Virus record (IMG/VR): IMGVR_UViG_3300025965_000001
Span: 1-51,909 of that record
Reading direction: 5' to 3' (one strand)
From: a virus
Taxonomy: Duplodnaviria > Caudoviricetes
Length of the DNA stretch: 51,909 nt
Shown here: piece by piece, positions 45,320 through 51,909 of the stretch
How positions within the stretch are numbered: the stretch's first letter is position 1
Layout of the letters: each line of letters opens with the position of its first letter
The notes under the pieces: generated by a model
The model's database searches: none
What the model saw: only the letters and a program-made list of their open reading frames with translations
Told to the model about the DNA's origin: nothing
Made by a program: the position numbers and the translations under genes

Positions 45320-47391
45320 AAAAACTATTCTGGATTTTTTTGTTGTTACTTGCCTCTAACGCGGCGTATGCCCAGGACACTGGATACTTTGTCCGCGTCT
45401 CCTGCGACACCTTAACCCCGGTTGCCAACGCTACTGTTTGTTTACAGACGACTACGACCGGTGGGCGAGCAGCCGGAAGTATCTATGTCTGGGACGGCAC
45501 GCAATGGGTAGCACCTACCGGCGGCTCGGGTACACCGGGAGCTCCAGACACCGGGGTACAGTTCAATAATGCCGGAGTCCTAGCGGGCGATGCGGGCATG
45601 ACTTACAACGCCGCCGCAAACATCCTCACTGTAACGGGCGATGTGGTGGTCGCGGGGCAGAGTGTGTGCTTAGAGAGCGGTGCGAATTGTCCTCTAACCG
45701 TGGGCGAGGTCGATCCTGTAGTTGCTGCAATCAATGGCATCGTCAAAAGCAACGGCAAAGTCATTTCCGCTGCTACCGCGGGCGTTGATTATGAGGCGGC
45801 AGATTCCGATCTTGCCGCCTTGGCGAACAATGCAACCAACGGAATATGGGCACGGACGGGCGCGGGAACGGGCGCAGCTAGGACAATAACGGGAAGCGGT
45901 GGTATTTCCGTTGCCGATGGCGACGGTGTGGCGGGAAATCCTGTCATCTCCCCCGGAGCCGACATGGTTAAGCGCAACCAGGCCAACACCTACAGTGGTG
46001 GCGGGTTGCAGGACATGAGCGCCAATGAGTTGAGGTTATTCAATCAGGCCGGTTATGCGCCCACGGCTGAGGGCAGGATAGGGATAAACACTACCACTCA
46101 TACTGTAGTGGTTGGACTAAACGGCGCTCCAGTAACATTACTCAGTACAGCGGGTTCCATCGCCACGGCAACGGCTCTAGCAGCCGACCCGGCCGGTTGT
46201 GCTCAAGCGGGGGGGCAATGGACCTATGACATCAATGCAAGCGGCGTGAGCAACTGCGCCCCTATCGTTCTGACGGGCGCGGCCAATCCGACAGCGGGAA
46301 CAGTCAGGTTTGCCGGAGATCGTTACAAAGACACGCGAACATATGACTGTACTGCTGGGACTGGCCTCGATTATGTGGGGCAAGGAACCGGGACGAACTT
46401 TGTTCCTTTGCAGGCCCAAACTTCCGGTTGGACGATAACGACAGCGGATTCAGGAACGCCTATTGTGGCTTGCGGTTCGGCAACACAGAAACTTGAGGGC
46501 AGCGCCACAGTTGTAACTCAAACTGTACCCGGCAGCGGTGTCCCGGACAAAGTGACTTTCTACTCCAAAATGCTGACCCATGCCACCGATTGCCCGAACA
46601 ATGTAGTGGGCAAAGACGGCCAGATTTGCGTAGATCAAGATGACTATCGTCAATGGGTATGTGTGCCGACTGCCGGCGATTGCGATACAGCAGGAGAGTG
46701 GCATCTAACAGGTGGCGGCGGTGGCGGAAGCCCGCAGGGATCAGCCGACGACATTCAATTTAATGCGGGCGGCGGCGTGTTCGGCGGTGGCCGGTGTCAG
46801 ATGGATAGTTCAGCAAATATTACTTGCGCGGGCACCGGCACGTTCGGATCGGGAGTTTCCAGTGTCATTACCATGAAGGGTGTAACGAGCGGGCAGGCTG
46901 ATATCGGCGTGGCAGATGCAGCTGGAACGCCCAACCGGATAAACTTGCCACAAAACACCGGCAATGCGGGAGATGTGCTAACGACAGATGGGGGAAGCCC
47001 GCAGCAGCTTTCCTGGGTGGCCCAGGCTGCGGCAAATAAGATCCGTCCATGCGAACTTACGATTGGCGACAATGGTTCAGCCTCTCCCGTCTTGGCAAGC
47101 GATAACGGCGGGCTCTCGGATTGCAAGAATGTTTACGGCGCAACCCTCACGATCACGTCCGTCCATTGCTACACACCGACTGGAGCGACAACGGCCAGGC
47201 CACAGATCACCGGCGGGGCTGTTAACACAATTCTAAGCGCCGCGATTACCTGCGGTTCTACAGCGGGCGGGGTGGCGGGAACTCTCAATGGCACACCGAC
47301 GCAAGCGGCCAACGAAACGATAGACAGCCCAATCGTGGCCGATGCCACGAGCAAGTACCTAAAGGTTTATATCGTTCGCACACTCCCATGA
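45316..47391 (+). CDS. Signal-peptide-bearing tail-fibre-like protein
   Basis: MKKLFWIFLLLLASNAAYA/Q; two G.P.G....QFN..G repeats; ISAATAGVDY, ARTITG, DGVAGNP, GDVLTTDG fibre motifs; 18 Cys by hand count. Confidence 0.75.
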   Translation: MKKLFWIFLLLLASNAAYAQDTGYFVRVSCDTLTPVANATVCLQTTTTGGRAAGSIYVWDGTQWVAPTGGSGTPGAPDTGVQFNNAGVLAGDAGMTYNAAANILTVTGDVVVAGQSVCLESGANCPLTVGEVDPVVAAINGIVKSNGKVISAATAGVDYEAADSDLAALANNATNGIWARTGAGTGAARTITGSGGISVADGDGVAGNPVISPGADMVKRNQANTYSGGGLQDMSANELRLFNQAGYAPTAEGRIGINTTTHTVVVGLNGAPVTLLSTAGSIATATALAADPAGCAQAGGQWTYDINASGVSNCAPIVLTGAANPTAGTVRFAGDRYKDTRTYDCTAGTGLDYVGQGTGTNFVPLQAQTSGWTITTADSGTPIVACGSATQKLEGSATVVTQTVPGSGVPDKVTFYSKMLTHATDCPNNVVGKDGQICVDQDDYRQWVCVPTAGDCDTAGEWHLTGGGGGGSPQGSADDIQFNAGGGVFGGGRCQMDSSANITCAGTGTFGSGVSSVITMKGVTSGQADIGVADAAGTPNRINLPQNTGNAGDVLTTDGGSPQQLSWVAQAAANKIRPCELTIGDNGSASPVLASDNGGLSDCKNVYGATLTITSVHCYTPTGATTARPQITGGAVNTILSAAITCGSTAGGVAGTLNGTPTQAANETIDSPIVADATSKYLKVYIVRTLP

Positions 47392-48047
47392 TAAAACGGC
47401 TTCTCTTAATTCTCTCTCTTCTTATCGCCTCTCCGGCCTGGGCGGGAAGGACGCTCGTTCAGTCGGACAACTTTGATGACAACACGCTTTCAGCCGGCTC
47501 GGTGCTCTGGACGCAACTCAATAGCGCCAATGCCGTCATGGGCAATGCTGGAGGACTCGTCTTATGCAATCACTCGCCGGAATGTTCAATCCGGGCTGAT
47601 GGAACTTATAGTAACGATCAATATGCAAAATTAACAGTCACTACATTGCCCGCTGCCGGTAGTCAAGCCATAGGACTTCTTTGCCGGGCTTCGGCTGATA
47701 CGGGGGCGGGGCGTGACTTTTATCGTGCATCATTTACGGGAGCAAATCCCAAGGTCACAACAATCGCTAAAGTCGTAAATGGTACGAATAGTAACTTGGC
47801 TACTAGTTCGGCACTTACCTGGAATACTAACGATACAATCGAGTTTGAATGTATCGGCACCGATTTAACGATATTCAAGAACGGTGTCTCAACTGGCCTG
47901 ACTGTTAGCGATGCCGCAATCGCCAGCGGTAAGCCTGGAATAGCCATTACAAACCAAATACCAAGGGGCGATAACTGGGAGGGTGGGGATGCAACGGCAG
48001 CACCGCCGGGAACGAGTTTTGTGCGCCATAGAGTGATTCAGCAATGA
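47388..48047 (+). CDS. Secreted ConA/lectin-like protein
   Basis: MIKRLLLILSLLIASPAWA/G; SDNFD, NDQYAK, IASGKPGI, DNWEGG. Confidence 0.7.
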   Translation: MIKRLLLILSLLIASPAWAGRTLVQSDNFDDNTLSAGSVLWTQLNSANAVMGNAGGLVLCNHSPECSIRADGTYSNDQYAKLTVTTLPAAGSQAIGLLCRASADTGAGRDFYRASFTGANPKVTTIAKVVNGTNSNLATSSALTWNTNDTIEFECIGTDLTIFKNGVSTGLTVSDAAIASGKPGIAITNQIPRGDNWEGGDATAAPPGTSFVRHRVIQQ

Positions 48048-51000
48048 AGAAAATCATAATCCTCATCCTTCTGCTTTGGGCGAGTCCGTCGATTGCCACC
48101 ACCTTGAGCGATGCAATTACCAACTGCCTCCCGGTCGGATCGTTCTGTGAAATCCCGCCGAGTAGCATGACTGGGTTTAACAATGGGTCAATCTTTGTGC
48201 CCGTAGGTGGAGGCTGCGGCGTAAGTGACTATATTACAGAATACGCTGCTCGCGCCGTCTGGAATCAAGTCGCAAGTCGGTTTCAATTTGTTGGTACTCC
48301 GCACGGTTCAAGTTGTTCCAATTCTACGCGATTTGTTGTCTATGATGAGGCGACAAATACATGGTTTCTAGGACCACAAACCAATTCGGCCGCTACAGCT
48401 CATGCTTATGAGCACAACGCAATAACGCCAGCGGGCACTCATTACTACCGTCAATATGATAGCTATACAGTTTATGTCAATCCCAACGGTGGAACCACCA
48501 GCCCATGGAATACAATCGCGCCAATCGGTGCGAGCAGCAAAAATTGCTGTGGTACTTTAGAGTGGTTTCCTGACATGAACCGACTGATTTTTATTGACGA
48601 GCAGTGGGGAGGGTGGGCCTGGAATCCTGGGAATAACTCGTGGACGCATCTGTTTCGTACAGATACAGATGATGGGAGTGGCTTGCCACAGTATATTTTG
48701 AAGCAGGGAACGAGCTACTACAACTGGGCTCATTACAGTAGCACCGGCGTCTTTCTATTCGGTCATGGTACAAACGTATACAAGATGAATGCGGCGGGCG
48801 CAGTAAAGCAGTTGGCTACTCCTCCGTTTGCTATTGATTCGGCCAACCCTAACGCCTGTTGTTCCGTGACGACTGATCCGACAAGCGGAAGACTCATTGT
48901 GATAAACACATCCCGGCAGGTTTACGATTTAGATCCTGGCGGAACAGACATGTCCAACGCCGGGACATGGATAAATACGGGGCGCACCGCGCCCACATTC
49001 TTCACGACGGCAGGAGGCATTGGGGAAAGCCTAATTGCGGCCCCCATGCGAGGTCGTGATGCGATCATATACGTTAAGTGTGATGATTCGAGCCAATGCC
49101 GGGTTTACGTTTATCAGCATGTGCCCGGTACTCCCGATACCGTAGCGCCGACAGCCCCAACGAACTTTGCAGCCAAGACAGCAACCAGCACTCAAATTGA
49201 TTTATCCTGGACAGCCTCGACGGACGACAGGGGAACCATCCAAAGCTATCTAGTTGAACGGTGCTCCGGGGCCGCTTGCATCAATTTCGTTCAGATTGCG
49301 GTTGTATCAGGATCGGCAACTTCTTATTCGAATACGGGTCTTACTGGAGGCACACTATATCGCTACCGTATCAGGGCAACTGATTCGGCCGGGAATATCT
49401 CCGGTTATTCCTCCATCGCTCAGGATACAACTTCTGCGCCCGACACCACGGCGCCGACAAACCCATCAAGTCTAGCGGCGACCGCAGCCGCAGCCGATCA
49501 GATCAACCTAACTTGGACAGCTTCGAGTGACGCAGTGGGAGTAACAGGCTACCATGTAGAGCGGTGCCAGAATGCGGGCTGCGCCAACTTTGTCGAGGTA
49601 GGGACGACAGCGGGAGCGGTAACGACCTACAGCAGCACTGGCTTAACGGCGGCGACATCCTACAGTTTCAGGGTGAGAGCGAACGATGCGGCGAATAACC
49701 TGAGTGGATATTCAAACACGGACACGGCTGTCACGCTTGCGGGCGGGACTGACTTTGCTTCGCGGTGCGCGGCGCCGGGAGTGGTGCGGTGCGTGGGGTT
49801 TGAAACGGGCGATGGCTCTTTTTTTACCGGCACTGGCGGATTCAATGGGGCTTATAGCTATAACATGGGAGTCAAGCCGCGCAATAATACAACCGATTAC
49901 AGCCATATCGGTCAAGACAATACTGTTGCCGCTTCCGGGGCAAGCTCGCTTAGAATGGAAGTCGCTTCCGGCACAGGAGCCGATCCCTCTGGGACATGGT
50001 TTACTAACTTCAGTAATCCGGCCAGCGGCTTTCAGGTAGGCCCTGGACAGGAATTTTATATTCAGTGGCGGCAACGGTTCTCGCCGGAGATGATTGCTCC
50101 GGCTAACGGCGGCACGTTCGGCAATTTCTGGGGCTTTTTAAACGGCCAACAGATTTTAACTCTATCCTCTACCGCGGTCGGAACCGCGACCGCAACGCTT
50201 AACGGATCTAGCAATACTTCCTTTAGCGGCATGACTGGCAGACATATTTATTTTGATCTTGGGCGGCACCCGGCTGGTTCTACGGGAGAGGCGACAATCG
50301 CGTCCGTTCAAAGTCCTACACAAGCAACGATCAATATAACGACTGCGTTCAATGCCTCTGTCTATCAGGTAGCTACCTGGGGTAACGATTTTGGCAAAGC
50401 TACCTTTAAGCTGAGCGATATAAGTGCGGGTGATACTGCTTCCTGTACTCCGGGCAATCCAACTAGCGCAACTTGCCCAACAACCTGTTGGGATTTTGAG
50501 GTTGTTACTACAAATCACGCGCGCGCAGATATGCCGACTGGATATGCTAATTGCAATGCCCCTGGCGGTATCAACAATGCTGGATTCTATGGGCCGCAGG
50601 ATCAGTATCAGAACATAGTAAACTGCCCGTATAATGCGCCTGGGCCGACCTTTCCTCCGTGCTTTCCTCTAGTCCCCAATGAGTGGTTAACTTTTCAGGT
50701 TCATGTCTATGTCAATCAATGGAACACAGCTAATAGCACGTATCAGATGTGGGCGGCCAGGGAGGGCCAGCCTAGTCAGCTCATAATCGAGTGCAGCCCG
50801 GCTGTGACAAATTGTCGTCTCCCTCATACGGGAGGCGCCTATTTGTTCAGCACCAATACGAACTACAAGTTCGGTAAGATTTGGTTCGAAACTTATATGA
50901 CGGATCGTTCATCCCGCCAGTCCCATTCAACGGGATATGTCTGGTTCGACGATCTCATCATCTCGACAAATAAGATTGCCGATCCCGGCACCGTGATAAT

Positions 51001-51070
51001 CCCGCCGATCCTTCCCGGTGGAACCACCATGCAGGGCGTCACGCTCAACGGCCAGATTGTAATTCAGTGA
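48044..51070 (+). CDS. Large secreted protein: propeller-like N-domain, two FN3 domains, C-terminal lectin/lyase-like domain
   Basis: MKKIIILILLLWASPSIA/T; two DTxAPTxP...QIxLxWTAS...YxxRxRAxD FN3 units; EFYIQWRQRF, WFDDLIIS. Confidence 0.82.
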   Translation: MKKIIILILLLWASPSIATTLSDAITNCLPVGSFCEIPPSSMTGFNNGSIFVPVGGGCGVSDYITEYAARAVWNQVASRFQFVGTPHGSSCSNSTRFVVYDEATNTWFLGPQTNSAATAHAYEHNAITPAGTHYYRQYDSYTVYVNPNGGTTSPWNTIAPIGASSKNCCGTLEWFPDMNRLIFIDEQWGGWAWNPGNNSWTHLFRTDTDDGSGLPQYILKQGTSYYNWAHYSSTGVFLFGHGTNVYKMNAAGAVKQLATPPFAIDSANPNACCSVTTDPTSGRLIVINTSRQVYDLDPGGTDMSNAGTWINTGRTAPTFFTTAGGIGESLIAAPMRGRDAIIYVKCDDSSQCRVYVYQHVPGTPDTVAPTAPTNFAAKTATSTQIDLSWTASTDDRGTIQSYLVERCSGAACINFVQIAVVSGSATSYSNTGLTGGTLYRYRIRATDSAGNISGYSSIAQDTTSAPDTTAPTNPSSLAATAAAADQINLTWTASSDAVGVTGYHVERCQNAGCANFVEVGTTAGAVTTYSSTGLTAATSYSFRVRANDAANNLSGYSNTDTAVTLAGGTDFASRCAAPGVVRCVGFETGDGSFFTGTGGFNGAYSYNMGVKPRNNTTDYSHIGQDNTVAASGASSLRMEVASGTGADPSGTWFTNFSNPASGFQVGPGQEFYIQWRQRFSPEMIAPANGGTFGNFWGFLNGQQILTLSSTAVGTATATLNGSSNTSFSGMTGRHIYFDLGRHPAGSTGEATIASVQSPTQATINITTAFNASVYQVATWGNDFGKATFKLSDISAGDTASCTPGNPTSATCPTTCWDFEVVTTNHARADMPTGYANCNAPGGINNAGFYGPQDQYQNIVNCPYNAPGPTFPPCFPLVPNEWLTFQVHVYVNQWNTANSTYQMWAAREGQPSQLIIECSPAVTNCRLPHTGGAYLFSTNTNYKFGKIWFETYMTDRSSRQSHSTGYVWFDDLIISTNKIADPGTVIIPPILPGGTTMQGVTLNGQIVIQ

Positions 51071-51909
51071 CACGATTTTTTTTTATTTTGTTCTTAGCCC
51101 TAGCGATGCCCTCGGCTCCTAGCGGTTTCGGCATTGCTGACGCGGCTCTAGTCCAAAAACTTCCAAAGTGTGCCCTCGGTGACGGTTACCCTTACTGGAA
51201 TGGCGACGTAGTAGCAGTCAATTCCGGCTGTCCGGGCGCCGCGCACTTTGCCGCGGAGGGCACAGGTTATGCAGTTAAGGCTGAGAGCGGCGATCTCGCG
51301 GGAACGCTTGTCAGCTTTGCCGATGTAACGGCGGACGGTTCAGCAGCGATTCACATCCCTACCGGAGTCGGTGGTGTCTTTCCCCATGGCCAGGCACGCT
51401 ATTACACTCCGGCTCTTGGGGCCGGTACTTTCAGCGTATGGGCGCGCGTCAAGGGTGTTGCCGGTAATCTTTGGGAATCTTCCTCGCCAATGCTCATTAT
51501 CCCAAGCCCATCAAGTGCATTGATTACCGCGATACCCGCAAGCGGAACCTATCAGTGGGTAAAGCTCTCGACCACGGTTAGCGGTGGAGCGGCGCGGGAT
51601 ATTTTTCTTACTGCCGATGCGGGCATTGATATTGATTGCCTCTACCTTGATGTGAGCGGCAATGCAGTCCCGACATGCCCAGGCGGAACTGTACCGCCAG
51701 CACCTCAGTATGTGGTGCTCGACACGGCTATCCTGCCAACAGGCGTGAGTGATGGGATCTGGTCGTCAAACCCAAATCCTGTGCCTTGGAATGCGGCAAG
51801 CGATACCGGGATGCAAAGCAATCCGGTTGTGAAAGTTCTCTGGAACTCAGCTTCTAACAAAGTGTGTATCTATCAGGAGCAGACAAACGCAAGCCTGCTA
51901 TTCGCTACC
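51067..51909 (+). CDS. N-terminal part (248 aa before the repeat) of the ~1261-aa secreted protein that continues at 1-3042
   Basis: GTGA overlap; own translation MTRFFFILFLALAMPSAPSGFGIADA...; no stop up to 51909; in frame with ATG 51811. Confidence 0.85.
   Translation, partial: MTRFFFILFLALAMPSAPSGFGIADAALVQKLPKCALGDGYPYWNGDVVAVNSGCPGAAHFAAEGTGYAVKAESGDLAGTLVSFADVTADGSAAIHIPTGVGGVFPHGQARYYTPALGAGTFSVWARVKGVAGNLWESSSPMLIIPSPSSALITAIPASGTYQWVKLSTTVSGGAARDIFLTADAGIDIDCLYLDVSGNAVPTCPGGTVPPAPQYVVLDTAILPTGVSDGIWSSNPNPVPWNAASDTGMQSNPVVKVLWNSASNKVCIYQEQTNASLLFAT
51811..51909. repeat. Terminal overlap, copy 2
   Basis: Identical to 1-99. Confidence 0.97.

Noticed and set aside
16805-50618. Numerous short minus-strand and nested ORFs in the supplied track
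   Set aside because: They are shadows of long coupled plus-strand genes and lack motifs or RBSs.
51811-51909. 99-bp terminal repeat as a biological direct terminal repeat
   Set aside because: It lies mid-ORF and its length matches a common assembler k-mer; best explained as circular overlap.
1-51909. Alternative genetic code, tRNA genes, integrase
   Set aside because: Genes tile densely in code 11 and end in TAA, TGA and TAG; no tRNA cloverleaf or tyrosine/serine recombinase motifs were seen by eye.

Overview
The window is an apparently complete, circularly assembled tailed-phage genome of about 51.8 kb: bases 51811-51909 repeat bases 1-99 exactly. Gene order is P22/podovirus-like: portal, scaffold, Mu gpT-family major capsid, head-tail adaptor, gp10-like nozzle, ejection proteins, then the tailspike position. 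It also has an early/replication region, four HNH endonucleases and a lysis-like membrane cluster with no recognisable endolysin. I saw no integrase, CI-type repressor, tRNA, CRISPR array or reverse transcriptase. Most notable: (1) four coupled, Cys-rich fibre/adhesin-like genes at the tailspike position, all with Sec-type signal peptides; (2) GT2, GT4, acetyltransferase and methyltransferase genes interleaved with structural genes beside a Ser/Asp-rich repeat fibre, suggesting virion glycosylation; (3) a dif-like XerCD site flanked by IHF-consensus boxes in an integrase-less phage; (4) terL on the opposite strand inside a 4.9 kb segment bounded by a perfect 22-bp inverted repeat; (5) a replication-gene leader whose two hairpin loops are exactly complementary; (6) an ADP-ribosyltransferase-like domain nested inside another; (7) a ~27-aa motif shared by two distant small virion-region proteins. 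All product calls come from motif recognition and synteny by eye; no searches were run.
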